Part shown: positions 1-13,421 of the stretch, piece after piece
Position numbering within the stretch: the first letter of the stretch is position 1
Layout: the number at the start of each line of letters is the position of its first letter
From: Mobula birostris
Taxonomy: Eukaryota
Assembly: GCF_030028105.1 (NCBI RefSeq)
Contig: NC_092374.1
Coordinates: forward strand, 178,770,057 to 178,834,056
Reading direction: 5' to 3'
Length of the DNA stretch: 64,000 nucleotides
Made by a program: the position numbers and the translations under genes
Notes under the pieces: model-generated
Databases searched by the model: none
Told to the model about the DNA's origin: nothing
The model's input: only the letters and a program-made list of their open reading frames with translations

Positions 1-1304
1 TCGTCTCAATAGGTCTGCGGCAGACACCATCTCCATGGCTCTCCACATGGCTTTAGACCACCTGGACAACACAAACACCTATATCAGGATGCTGTTCACC
101 GAATACACTGTAGCTCATCATTTAATACCATCATTCCCACAACCCTGATTGAGAAATTGTGGAACCTGGGTCTCTGTACCTCCCTCTGCAAATGGATCCT
201 TGACTTCCTAACCGGAAGACCACAATCTGTGCAGATTGGTGATAACATCTCCTCGCTGACGATCAACACTGGCACACCCCAGGGGTGTGTGCTTAGCCCA
301 CTGCCCTACTCTCTACATACACATGACGGTGTGGCTAGGCACAGCTCAAATAGCATCTATAAACTTGCTGATGATACAACCATTGTTGGTAGAATCTCAG
401 GTGGTGATGAGAGGGTGTACAGGAGTGAGATATGTGAACTAATGGAATGGTGTCACAGCAACAACCTGGCACTCAACGTCAGTAAGATAAAAGAGCTGAT
501 TGTGGACTTCAGGAAGGGTAAGACGAAGGAACACATACCAATCCTCACAGAGGGATCAGAAGTGGGGAGAGTGAGCAAGTTCCTGGGTGTCAAGATCTCT
601 GAGGATCTAACCTGGTCCCAACATATTGATGTAGTTATAAAGAAGGCAAGACAGCAGCTATACTTCATAAGGAGTTTGAAGAGATTTGGCATGTCAACAG
701 ATACACCCAAAAACCTCTATAATTTTACTATGAAGAGCATTCTGACAGGCTGCATCACTGTCTGGTATGGGGGGGAGGGGTGTGGGGAGGGACTACTGCA
801 CAGGATCGAAAGAAACTGCAGAGGGTTGTAAATCTAGTCAGCTCCATCTTGGGTACTAGCCTATACAGTACCCAGGACATCTTTAGAGAGTGGTGTCTCA
901 GAAAGGCAGCATCCATCATTAAGGACTTCCAGCACCCAGGGCATGCCCTTTTCTCACTGTTACCATCAGGTAGGAGATACAGAAGCCTAAAGGCACGCGC
1001 TTAGCGATTCAGGAACAGCTTCTTCCCCTCTGCCGTCCGCTTCCTAAATGGACATTGAAACCTTGAACACTACCTCACTTTTTTTAATGTACAGTATTTC
1101 TGTTTTTTGCACATTTAAAAAAAATTATTCAATATACATATACTGTAATTGATTTACTTGTTTGTTTATTTATTATTGTTACTTTTATTTTTTTTCTCTG
1201 TTCTAGATTATGTATTGTATTGAACTGCTGCTGCTGAGTTAAGAAATTTCACATCACATGCCGGTGGTAATAAACCTGATTCTGATTCTGATTCTGATTC
1301 TGAT
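1..1304 (+). mobile_element. Rex1/Babar-type LINE, 3' part with (GATTCT)n tail
   Basis: RT motifs [20 protein letters not shown] and [18 protein letters not shown]; frameshifted C-terminus; tandem-repeat tail. Confidence 0.88.
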
Positions 1305-1394
1305 CGGGGTCGCTTTAGCAACAGAAGTTACTACTAAGGACGGTGCCCTGCTGACGGAGGCCTCCCGCTCCTCCATTGCATTTTCCTCCTAACT

Positions 1395-2390
1395 TCACAG
1401 CTTTACTTGGTAAAAGATGGAGGGGGGGGGCATCTTACGGGTCATTCGAATAAGTAGAGCAATCATGTCATGTAACAGTGCACCCTTCACAACTTGCTCC
1501 ATCCTCAAGCAATCTCTCTGAGACAGTTGAATGCTCCTTTTGTGGCACAAACAGTGGAGTGGATTCTTCAGCCAGAAAATGAAGGCAGATAACTTCTCTC
1601 CTTCCTCCTGGAATGTGTGCCTAAGCTTCATCCTAAGATCAGCTGCACTTCCAGCAGTGCCATACGTATCTTCCCGGGCTTGCAGGTAATTAGCTGACTG
1701 GGCTAATGGGTTTTCTGTCTTGGGTATCCTTATGATATCAGCCATGGCCCCTTAATTTCTCCATCAGACTCAGTTTTTTTCATATTATCTGAGCACTCCA
1801 GCATCTGAGCCCAGTCCAAGCCCCACATTCTGCTTCCCCATCGGGTGTAGGTTTGGCCACAGTGAACACTTCCGGCCTACAATAACTTTAGCTCACTACA
1901 GATATACTTCTGCATTTATCAACCAGTGATTCAATAGCTAAAACAAGCCCAGAATTTAAATCAATAGCTAAATTACTCATTTAGGACTATTACATCAGAT
2001 ATCCCCTCCCCCTCACCCGCAGAAACAAGAGCAACTTTTCTTTAAAGCCTTCACCCTCAGCTACAGGAAACTTGACCTTCAACTCAGCACCCTTGTCTAC
2101 ACTTCCCCTTTCTCTGAAAATATGGACGGCTCATGGCCCTGCCTCTCCAGGTACTCCAGTGGTGCCAGGCAGATCCACACCCGTTATGTCAGCTCTAGTC
2201 TGAACGAACTCCTCATCTTTCCCCTCTGTTTGCTCCATGACCATAGCTTTCCCTAATCCTCCAACAGTACTTAAAACCCGAATCAACAGTTCATCTGGGC
2301 AGCAGGTACCCAACCCACTCAGAATACAAGCATTAGTTACAGGCAATGTCTTTGAATCGCACAACACTCAATCCCTGCACGTCCATGAGC
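1395..2390 (-). mobile_element. Decayed PNMA-like (Ty3/Gypsy) gag relic
   Basis: 2131-2367 resembles the PNMA N-terminal domain (NACILSGL...LG...LPG...GEAGPW). 1395-1745 resembles the capsid region (HTFQEEGEKLSAFIFWL...MEQVVKGA). Not one ORF; recognised by eye only. Confidence 0.55.
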
Positions 2391-3635
2391 ACGTATCTTA
2401 ATCACTTTCCTGGACAATAAATTAACGCAGGCTTAAACACAAAACCCACATAATCAATTCTTAGGGCAGTCACACAGCTTTCAATGAATTCATTCCAGGA
2501 TGATGCTCCCACAATGAAACCCCTTTGTACTGGGCATCTCTGGGAATGTGGCTCATTAGCCCCTCGCTAACAGCCGCGGGACTGTGGCAAGAAACCCACC
2601 TTTCTTAGTCTTCATACATCTAGAGTGTATACAACTTTGGTCCCGCCAAATATGTGAGGTTGTGAAGTCTCGCCAACGCAAACCACGGTTTGTGTGAATG
2701 CTGTGTAATTTACTGCCCCTGACAAGAAACAACAGGTCGTACACTGCATGCAATTGTAAAGAAGTATGTTTAAGAATGTTAACTTAAGCAACCAGTTATT
2801 TAAGGAAAGAAAGAAGAAAACAAAAAAAGGCCCATTATACTTAAACAGCCACATGTGCACGGTGGAGCTTACATTTTCCAGAAGCTGTTGTTTTCGATGT
2901 ACACACTGCAACTTCCGAATGTCACTCGAAAATCATCCTGAACAAACAGGCTCCCCCACTGGAGTACTGGTTCTTCCTCCTTGAAACCATTCATCTGCAC
3001 AAAGCACCTTATGCAACAGGCGCGGCATCCTCAGCCATCTTTTCTCCTGCCTTCTCCCCGCTCCTGCCAACAAAGACCAAGACCCACACCAGTGTCCCTC
3101 ACAAAAACTCTCTGCCCAATGTTCTAGAGAACCTTCTTCCAATTCCACCACCCTGTCTGGCTGACACCACATTCTGTAGTAGAACAACGAAGCCCCTTAT
3201 CTCAGCTCAAACCCAAACAGGCTGAAAGTTGAACAGAGTGCTCTTACAGAACTGCTAAAATGAAATCCCTACAGCATAGCAGTAAAAATATTAGCCAGAG
3301 CGTTACAGTGACAGAAGAGGAATGGGAATTGCAGAGAAAAATTAAAATGTTGGCCACTGGGAAATTCTGCTTTTGGTGGATAAAGCGGAGGTGCTCGACG
3401 AGGCAGTCCCTCAGTTTATGTCAGATCACACCAATATAGAGGAGGCCACATCGGGAGCACCTAATACAATAGAATACCTAAACAGATTCACAGGTTACCT
3501 GGAAGGACTGCTTGGATGGTCATGGTGAGGTAGAAGAGAACAGAGATTCTCTATCGCTCTTCAGGTGGCAGGAAGATGGGGTGAGTGTGGATGTCCAAAA
3601 AGAGCAAAACATAGAACTTTATACTTTAAAAATGC

Positions 3636-5064
3636 AAACGCAAGGAATTCTGCAGATGCTGGAAATTCAAGCAACACATATCAAAGTTCCTAGTGAACAC
3701 AGCAGGCCAGGCAGCATCTCTAGGAAGAGGTACAGTCGACGTTTCAGGCTAAGACCCTTCATCAGGACTAACTGAAGGAAGAGCTAGTAAGAGATTTGAA
3801 AGTTGGAGGGGGAGGGGGAGATCCAAAATGATAGGCAAAGACAGAAGGAGGAGGGATGGAGCCAAGAGGTGGACAGGTGATTGGCAAAAGGGATACGGGA
3901 GGATTATGGGACAGGAGGCCCAGGGAGAAGGAAAAGAGGGAGGGGGAGGAACCCAGAGGATGGGCAAGGGGTATAGTTAGAGGGACAGAAGGAGAAAAAG
4001 GAGAAGTGAGAGAAGGAATGTGTGTATATAAATAAACAACTCACCTACGACCCCACCAGCCTCCAGGTCCAACATATTATTCTCCGTAACTTCTGCCACC
4101 TCCAACTGGATCCCACCACTAAGCACATCTTTCCCTCCCCTCACCTCTCTGCTTTCTGCAGGGATCGCTCCCTACGTGACTCCCTTGTCCATTCGTACCC
4201 CCCCCAATCCTTCCCCACTGATCTCCCTCCTGGCACTTATCCTCACTGATCTCCCTCCTGGCACTTATCCTTGTAAGCGGAGCAAGTGCTACACATGCCT
4301 TTACACTTCCTCCCTTACCACCATTCAGGGCCCCAGACAGTCCTTCCAGGTGAGGCGACACTTCACCTGTGAGTCGGCTGAGGTGATATACTGCGTCCGG
4401 TGCTCCCGATGCGGCCTTCTATATATTGGTGAGACCCAACGCAGACTGGGCGATTGTTTTGCTGAACACCTACGCTCTGTCTGCCAGGGAAAGCAGGATC
4501 TCCCAGTGGCCACACATTTTAATTCTACATCCTATTCCCATTCTGTCATGTCTATCCATGGCCTCCTCTACTGTAAAGATGAAGTCACACTCAGGTTGGA
4601 GGAACAACACCTTATATTCTGTCTGGGTAGCCTCCAACCTGATGGCATGAACACTGACTCCTCTAACTTCCGCTAATGCCCCACCTCCCCCTTGTACCCC
4701 TTCCGTTATTTATTTATATACACACATTCTTTCTCTCTCTCCTTTTTCTCCCTCTGTCGCTCTGACTATACCCCTTGCCCATCCTCTGGGCTCTCCCCCC
4801 CTTTTCCTTCTCCCTGGGCCTCCTGTCCCATGATCCTCTCATATCCCTTTTGCCTATCACCTGTCCAGCTCTTGGCTCCATCCCTCCCCCTCCTGTCTTC
4901 TCCTATCGTTTCGGATGTCCCCCTCCCCCTCCCACTTTCAAATCTCTTACTAGCTCTTCCTTCAGTTAGTCCTGACGAAGGGTCTCGGCCTGAAACGTCG
5001 ACTGTACCTCTTCCTAGAGATGCTGCCTGGCCTGCTGCGTTCACCAGCAACTTTGATGTGTGTT
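3636..5064 (+). mobile_element. Penelope-like element (GIY-YIG endonuclease region) with inverted terminal repeat
   Basis: ORF 4176-4676 has VIYCVRCSRCGLLYIGETQRRLGDCFAEHL (GIY-YIG). About 3683-4038 is the reverse complement of about 4705-5064. Confidence 0.88.
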
Positions 5065-6905
5065 ACTTTATTGTCGCCAAACAATTGATACTAGAATGTA
5101 CAATCATCACAGCGATATTTGATTCTGTGCTTCCCGCTCCCTGGAGTACAAACTGATAGTAAAGATTTGAAATTTAAATTATAAATCATAAATAGAAAAT
5201 AGAAAATTGAAAAATGGAAAGTAAGGTACTGCAAAAAAAACCGAGAGACAGGTCCGGATTTTTGCAGGGTATGGTCCAGATCCAGGTCAGGATCCGTTCA
5301 GCAGTCTTATCACAGTTGGAAAGAAGCTGTTGTACCCCTTGCCCATCCTCTGGCCGTATGAGTCTTCAAGCTCCTGAGCCTTCTCCCCGAGGGAAGAGGG
5401 ACGAAAAGTCCGTTGGCTGGGTGGGTCATGTCCTTGATTATCCTGGCAGCACTGCTTCGAAAGTGTGCCGTGTAAACTGAGTCCAAGTGTGGAAGGTTGG
5501 TTTGTGTGATGTGCTGCGCCGTGTTCACTATCTTCTGCAACTTCTTCCAGTCTTGGACAGGACAAATTCCATACCAGGTTGTGATGCACCCTAGAAGAAT
5601 GCTTTCCATCGTGCATCTATAGAAATTAGTGAGGGTTTTAGGGGACAGGCCAAATTTCTTTAGCTTCCTCAGGAAGTAAAGGCACTGGTGGGCCTTCTTG
5701 GCAGTGGGCTCTGCTTGGTCGGACTAAGTCAGGTCATTTGTGATATTGACCCCGAGGAACTTAAAGCTTTTGACCAGTTCCACTTGCGCACCACCGATGT
5801 AAATTGGGTCGTGCGGTCCGCTACTCCTTCTGAAGTCAACAACCAATTCCTTCGTCTTGCTGACATTGAGGGATAGGTTATTGTCTTCGCACCAAGCCAC
5901 CAGGTTCTTAATTTCCTCTCTGTACTCAAACTCATCATTACCCAAGATACGGCCTACAATCGTTGTGTCATCAGCAAACTTATATATTGAGTTCGATGGA
6001 AACTTGGCTACACAATCATGGGTGTACAGTGAGTACAGCAGGGGGCTGAGTACACAGCCTTGTGGGGCATCGGTGCTCAGAGTGATTGTAGAGGAGAGCT
6101 TGTCCCCTGTTTTTACAGCCTGGGTCCTGTCTGTGAGGAAGTTGAAGATCCAGCTGCAGATCTGAGTGCTAAGGCCCAGGTTCTGGAGCTTAGGAATCAG
6201 TTTATTTGGAATGTTGGTATTAAGGGCAGAGCTGTAGTAAATAAAAAGGAGCCTTACGTATTCGTCTTTATTCTCCAGGTGTTCTAAGGAGGAATGTAGG
6301 GCCAGGGAGATGGCATCTGCCATTGACCTGTTGCTCCAGTAGGCTAATTGCAAAGTGTCGAGGTTGACTGGTAGGCTGTGGTTGATGTGTGCCATAAGCA
6401 ATCGCTTGAAGCACTTCATAGCGATTGATGTCAGAGCCACAGGTTGATAGTCATTCAGGCATGCTACCTTGCTCTTCTTTGGCACCGGGATTATCCTTGC
6501 CTTCTTAAAACACAAGGGGATCTTAGACTGAAGCAAGGAGCAGTTGAAGATGTCAGCAAACACTCCAGCTAGCTCGCTTGCACAGGCCCGGAGAACCCGT
6601 CCCGGGACGCCATCTGGGCCCATCGCCTTCCTTAGATTTATCTTCAGGAAGGTCCTTCTAACATCCTCCTCAGTGACGATGAATCTCAACGCCACCAGGT
6701 CCGGTTCATCCAGAGGGAGCAGGAGGCCCCTCTTCTCTTTGAATCTTGCGTAGAATACATTAAGTTTGTCAGGAAGAGAAGCGCCACAGTTATTGATATT
6801 CCCAGCCTTTTCTTTGTGCCCAGTGATCTCATTTAGACCCTGCCATAGTCTACTGGCATCCCTCTGGTTAGTGAGGTAGTGTTCATGGGTTGATTCAAGG
6901 TCCAT
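5065..6905 (-). mobile_element. Rex1/Babar-type LINE (RT, 393-aa ORF) abutting the Penelope tail
   Basis: [44 protein letters not shown] and [11 protein letters not shown] motifs. Confidence 0.9.
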
Positions 6906-7569
6906 TCAGAAATCTGATGGCAGAGGGGAAGAAACTGTTCCTAAAATGTGTGTGTTTGTCTTAAACCTCCTCCATGATGGTAGCAATGAGAAGAGGGCAT
7001 GTTCCTCTCCTGTCACGCATCCTCTCCTGGATCCACCTATCATTTGCCACTTCTTCCCACCTCTTTAAACTGATTATCATCTCTCTAACTTTCAATAAAG
7101 ATGAAGGGTCTCTGCCCTAAATATTGACTGTTCATTTTCCCCCTCAGATGCTGCCTGATTGCCGAGTTCCTCCAGCATTGTTTCTTCCTGTTTACCTCAT
7201 CTCTTTGATTCTGTTTGTGCTGCTTCCTGTTCTCAGATCACCGCTCAGCAATAACTAGAATGTGGGTAAACCTGTTAGACTAGTGGAGGGGTTCTCAAAA
7301 AACGATTTTAATGTCAGGGAATAATGGCTAAAAACACACATACAGTGTGAACTAAGGAACTCAGGAGGTCAGGCAGCATTTATGGAAGGAAGTGGGCAGT
7401 CAAAATTTCTGGTCAAGACACTTTTCTTCCTCTCTTGCCTTCTCCATCTGCCTATATTCCTCCTTACTGTTACGCACTATTGTCTGCCCGCTCTTGCTCC
7501 ACCCTGCACCACCCAGTTACAAAATTAGAACTGTTTAAATGTCATTACCTTATATGTTGTGAAATGGGC

Positions 7570-8650
7570 TTTCCCTTCTCCCATCATGGATGCTGATCTC
7601 ACCCAGATCTCCAACATTTCCCAGGCATCAGCACTCACCCCATCTCCAACTGCCATTACACGGGTAGAGTTCCTCTTGTCCTCACTGACCACCCATGAGC
7701 CTCCATATCCGACACATCATTCTCTCCAACGTCTGCCATCTTCAATGGGACCCTGCTATCAAACATGCTTTACCTTACCCCCTCTCCACTCTCTGCAGGA
7801 ATTTCTACCTCCATGATTCCTTTGTCCATTCATCCTTCCTCGTAAATCTCCCTATTGGCACTTATCCTGCAAGTGGCAGAAGTTCTATACTTGTCCATTC
7901 ACCTCCTCCCTCACCTCCATTCAGGACCCCAAACAGTCCTTCCAACTGAGGCAACACTTCACTTGTGAATCTATTGGGGCCATGTACTGTATCCGGTGCT
8001 CCTAGTGTAGCAGCCTCTACATTGGTGAGCCCCGACGCAGATCGCGGGTCCTCTTTATGAAGCAGGTCCATCAGCAAAACGCAGAATTTCCCAGTAGCCA
8101 ACCATTTCAATTCCTATCCCCATTCTTGCTCTAATGTTGGTCCATGGCCTCCTCTCCTGCCACTCTGGGTCCTCTCTCAAGTTGGAGGACCAACACCTTG
8201 TATTTCGTCTAGGTAGCCTCCAGTCTGATGGCATGAACATCAATTTCTCCAACTTCCGGTAATTGTTTTCTTGGTCCTTTCTCTCTTCCTCATTTCCCCA
8301 ATCTGGTCTCTTTTTCTCCTCACCCGCCTATCACTTATCCTGGTACCCTCCTCCTTCCCTTTCTCCTATGACCCACTCTTTTCTATCAGATTCCTTCTTT
8401 CCCAGCCCTTTACGGTTTCCACTCATCACCCTCCAGCTTCTCACCTTACCCCTCCCGCACCCACCTGGAATACAACCTTCTAGCTGGTCCTCCTCCCCTT
8501 CACCCCACCTTCTTATTCTGGTTTCATCCCCCATCCTTTTCAGCCCTGATGAAGGATTTTGGCCGAAATGTCGACAGTTTAATCATTTCCATACATGCTG
8601 TCTGACCTTCGGAGTTCCTCCAGCAGTTTTTGTGTCTTGTTGTGAAATTT
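7570..8650 (+). mobile_element. Degenerate Penelope-like element
   Basis: Nucleotide similarity to 4050-5064 (ttcacttgtgaatct...ctacattggtgag...ggaggaccaacacctt) and the same 3' tail. Confidence 0.8.
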
Positions 8651-9019
8651 CTTGCTTTGTGGCTAAGACCTAAAAATTGCTGTAAGTTACAGAATATATA
8701 AATAGAGCAAAAAAAGGAATAATAAGGTAGTATTCATGGATTCATGTAACATTCATTAATGTTAATACAAAAGTGAAGAAGCTGTTCCTGCATCACAGAG
8801 TGTGGGTCGTGGGCCTCCTGAAACATTGGAGCACCCATTGTTGGAATGGGCACTGTCAGAGAGTTAAAGGGGGAATGGGAGCGAGAGTGCCAAAACAGAT
8901 AGTGGAGAGGTTGAGGAGACAGATTTTGTTAAGACCTCAGACTGAGCCAGGAATCAAAAGATTGAGCATGGTGCAACTAATGTCCTGAACTGCGTATATT
9001 CAATTCAAGAAGAATATTC

Positions 9020-10470
9020 CCTGCGATCTGCAGCCTGGTCATCTCGGAGGCTGAAATACACAAATGTTTCCAATGAGTGGGCAGTCGCAAGGCTTCGAGA
9101 CCAGATGGCCTCCCTGGCCGGGTACTCAGAGTGTGCTCGGCACAACTGGCTGGTGTGCTTACAGACATTTTTAATCTCTCCCTCGCGCAGTGTAGAGTGT
9201 CCTCCTGCTTCAAAACATCCACCGTTGTTCCTGTACCGAAAAAGCCCAAGGTAACATGCCTGAACGACTGGCGTCCTGTAGTAATAAGCAAATGCTTTGA
9301 AAGGCTGCTCAAGGACTGCATCTGCAGTTTGCTACCACGTAAACTGGACCACCTACAATTTGTCTACCGACTCAACTGATTGACAGACGATTAGCCACAG
9401 CTCTTCACACCAGGAAAAGAGGGATGCTTATGTGAGCATGCTGTTCTTGGTCTACAGTTCAGCATTCAACACCATAATTCCCTCCAGGCTCGACAGGAAG
9501 CTCAGAGACCTCAGCCTTCACCCTACTTTGTGTAGCTGGATCCTGGACTTCCTGTCAGATCATTGGTAGTTTGTAAGAGTGGGCTCCTTCACCTCTGCCC
9601 CTCAACCCAAATGCCCCTCAGGGCTGTGTCCTAAGCCCCCTCCTTTACTCTCTGTATACCCATGACTGTGTCACTACCCACAGCTCCAATCTGCTGATTA
9701 AATTTGCTGACCACACTACAGTGATTGGCCTTATCTCAAATAACAATGAGGCAGCCTACAGAGAGGAAGTCATCACCCTGGTACAGTGATGTCAAGAAAA
9801 CAACTTCTCCCTCAATGTCGCAAAAACAAAGGAGCAGGTTGTGGATTACAGGAGGAATGGAGACAGGCTAACCCCTATAGACATCAATGGATCTGGGATT
9901 GAGAAGGTGAACAGCTTTAAGTTCTTCGGCATCCACATCACCGAGGATTTCATGTGGTCTGTACATACCAGCTGCGTGGTGAAAAAGGCCCCCAGATCCT
10001 AAGAACTTTCTACGGGGGCATAATTGAGAGCATCCTGACTGGCTGTATCACTGCCTGGTCTGGGAAGTGTACTTCCCTCAATCGCAGGACTCAGCAGAGA
10101 GTGCTGTGGACAGCCCAGCGCATCTGTCGATGTGAACTTCCCACTATTCAGGACATTTACAAAGACAGGTGTGTAAAACGGGCTGGGATCATTGGGGACC
10201 CGAGTCACCCCAACTGCAATCTGTTCCAGCTGCTACCATCCGGGAAATGGTACTGCAGCATAAAAACCAGGACCAACAGGCTCCGGGACAGCTTCTTCCA
10301 CCAGGCCATCAGACTGATTAATTCATGCTGATACAAGTGTAGTTCTATGTTATATTGACTGTCCTGTTGTTCATGCCATTTATTATAAATTACTATAAAT
10401 TGCACATTCTACATTTAGACAGAGACGTAACGTTTTTACTCCTCAGGTATATGAAGGATGTAAGAAATAA
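9020..10470 (+). mobile_element. Degenerate Rex1/Babar-type LINE
   Basis: [13 protein letters not shown] and [18 protein letters not shown] motifs plus the C-terminal region; many frameshifts. Confidence 0.85.
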
Positions 10471-11175
10471 AGCCAACTTAATTCATAAGAAAGGCAGATG
10501 AGCTTGGAGCATGGATAAGATATTGTATAAATCAGTGAGACATTAGTTGCAGGAGGGTGAAGACAGGCAGTTCAATATTCTGGGGATCTGCTGTTTCAGA
10601 TGCGACAGTGTGGGGGGAATTAAAGGGGGAGGAGTGGCATTAATAATCAGGGAAAATGTCACATCAGTGCTCAGTCAGGACAGACTGGAGGACTCATCTA
10701 GTGAGGCTTTATGGGTGGAACTGAGTAATATGAAAGGTGTTTGTGTTAATGTGGCTATATTGTAGACCACCCAACAGTCTATGGGATTTAGAGGAATAAA
10801 TTTGCAGAGAGATCGCAGACTGTTGCAAGAAACATTAAGTTGTTATAGTAGGTGATTTTAACTTTTCACGGAGTTTATCAAATGTGTTCAGGAAAGTTTC
10901 CTTAATCAGTACACAGAAGTCCAATGAGAGAGTGTACAGTACTTGATCTGCCTTTAGGGAATGAGACAGGGCAGGTGACAGAAGTTTGTGTAGGAAAAAG
11001 CTTTTCACCTAGTGCTCATAATGGCATTAGTTTCAAAATAAATATGCAGAAAGATAGGTCTGGTCCGCAGGTTGTGATTGGAGAAAGGCCAATTTTGATG
11101 GTATCAGAAAGGATCTGGCAAGTGGGAACTGGGACAGTCTGTTTTCTGGCAAAGGTGTACTTGGCAAATGGGAAA
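10470..11175 (+). mobile_element. CR1-type LINE endonuclease fragment
   Basis: Degenerate GGGVALIIRENVT...EALWVEL...LDLPLGNETGQVTEV. Confidence 0.7.
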
Positions 11176-11204
11176 CCTACAGAAGTGAAATTTTGAAGTC
11201 CAAA

Positions 11205-12010
11205 CAAGAGAAAATCAGCAGATGCTGGAATTCCAAGCAACACACACCAAATGCTGGAGGAACTCAGCAGCCCAGGTAGCATCTATGGAAAAAAGTACAA
11301 TTGACATCTTAAGCCGAGACCGTTTGACAGGACTGGAGAAAAAAAATGAGGAGCAGAATTAAAAAGTGGGGGAGGGGAGAGAGAAACACAAAGTGATAGA
11401 TGAAATTGGGAGGAGGAGGGATGAAGTAAAGAGCTGGGATGTTGGTTGGTGAAAGAGATACAGGGCTGGAGAAGGGGGAGTCCAATAGGAGAGAACAGAG
11501 GCCATGGAAGAAAGAAAAGTGAGGAGAAGCACCAGACAGAGGTGATGGGCAGGCAAGGAGATAAGGTGAGAGAGCGAAAGGGGCATGGTGAATGGTGAAG
11601 GTGAAGGTGGGGGGGGGGGCATTAACGGAAGTTCAAGAAATCGATGTTCATGCGATCAGGTTGGAGGCTACCCAGAGGGAAGATAAGATGTTGTTCCTCC
11701 AACCTGAGTGTGGCCTCATCATGACAGTAGAGGAGGCCATGGAATAGGGAATCGGAATGGAAAGTGGAATTAAGATGGGTGGCCACTGGGAGATCATGCT
11801 TCTTCTGGCAGATGGAGTATAGGTGCTCTGCGAAATGGTCTTCCAATTTACTTTGGGTCTCACTGATATACAGGAGGCAGCACCGGGAGAACCGGACACA
11901 GTAAATGACCCCAACAGGCTCACAGGTGAAGTGTTGTTGCCTCACCTGGAAGGACTGTTTGGGGCCTTAAATGGTAGTTGGGGAGGAGATGTAGGGGCAG
12001 GTGTAGCAAT
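11205..12010 (-). mobile_element. Penelope-like element
   Basis: ORF 11622-11945 FTCEPVGVIYCVRFSRCCLLYISET (GIY-YIG) plus the tail. Confidence 0.85.
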
Positions 12011-12031
12011 TAATTCTGCTTTCAAGGGGCG

Positions 12032-12535
12032 GAATGATGTGCTTGTTGGGGGGGGTGGAATGATGTGGGGGGGCACGGAATGTGGTGGGGGGGATGCGGA
12101 ATGATGTGCTTAGTGGTGGGGGGGTGGAATGATGTGCTTGGTGGTGGGGGGGCCGGAATGTGGTGGGGGGGGCACAGAATGATGTGCTTGGTGATGGAGG
12201 GGGGGCAGGGAATGATGTGCTTGGTGTTGCGGGGGCAGGGAATGATGTGCCTGGTGGTGGTGGGGGGGCACGGAATGATGTTCTTGGTGGTGGGGGGGGC
12301 AGGGAATGATGTGGTGGGGGGACACGGAATGATGTGCTTGGTGGTGGGGGGCAGGAAATGATGAGCTTGGTGGTGGGGGGGCAGGGAATGATGAGCTTGG
12401 TGGTGGGGGGGCACAGAATGATGTGCTTGGTGGTGGGGGGGAACGGAAAGATGTTCTTTGTGGTGGGGGGGCAGGGAATGAAGTGCTTTGTGGTGGGGGG
12501 CAGGGAATGATGAGCTTGGTGGTGGGGGGATCCCC
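12032..12535. repeat. G-rich minisatellite, about 30-bp unit (GGAATGATGTGCTTGGTGGTGGGGGGGGCA)
   Basis: Roughly 15 or more imperfect tandem units with shorter variants; source of the spurious Pro/His- and Gly-rich ORFs. Confidence 0.95.
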
Positions 12536-13421
12536 TTCAAACTTCATCACAATGGATGTAAGTACAAAGGGACAATAGCATTGAGGCAGGTTACTATGTT
12601 CTTCTTAGGCACAGGTATCATTGAAGACTACTTGAAGTAGGTGGGTACCACAGACTGGTAAAGCAAGAGGTTAAAGATATTGGGAAACACTCCAACCAGT
12701 TGATCAGCATAGGTCTTTAGTAATCAGGCAGGTACCCCATCTGGGCCAGATACTTTCTGTGGGTTCAGCCTCATGAAGGATGTTCTCACGTCGACCTCAG
12801 AGCTGAAATCACAGGGTCAACAGGAGCTATGAGAGTTTGTGAAGGTGCCTCCATGGTCAAAGCAAGCATAAAAGGCTTTGAGTTCATCTGGCAGCAAAGC
12901 CTTGTGGTGACCTGTGTCGCTTGGACTCACTTGTAGGAGGTAATTGCATCCGAGCCCTGCCACAGCTGTTGAGCATCCTTCACTGATTCCAGTCTGGTCT
13001 TGAATTGCCACTGTACATGTGAGATGGCTTTCTGGAGATCGCACCTAGATCCCTTTTATTTTACTTGGACACCAGTACTGAATGTCACTGATCTGACCCT
13101 CATAGGACTCTGAATGATTTTGTGGGGACACGAATGTCTACAACTGTTTTTATAAAGCCTGATTTCTGAAAATGCAGTCTAGAGTTTGAATGGTAGCTCT
13201 TTCTTATGGTAGTATAGCAGTGGCTGAGTATGTTGGGATCCCTGGTGCTGCAGGTGATATGTTGATGTTAATTGGGCAGAGATTTCTTCATACAAGCCTA
13301 ATGAAAGCCTCCACCAATGATCTGAAAGATATTGGGTTAGGCTGTTTCTTATTTGCCGATGGCAGCATTCAGTACATCAAGTGCCTGCTTAACATCGGCC
13401 TTTAGCAGTACTTATGTAAAC

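Noticed and set aside
12022-12550. Pro/His-rich and Gly/Met-rich ORFs of 98-172 aa
   Set aside because: Translations of a minisatellite; no splice or domain support.
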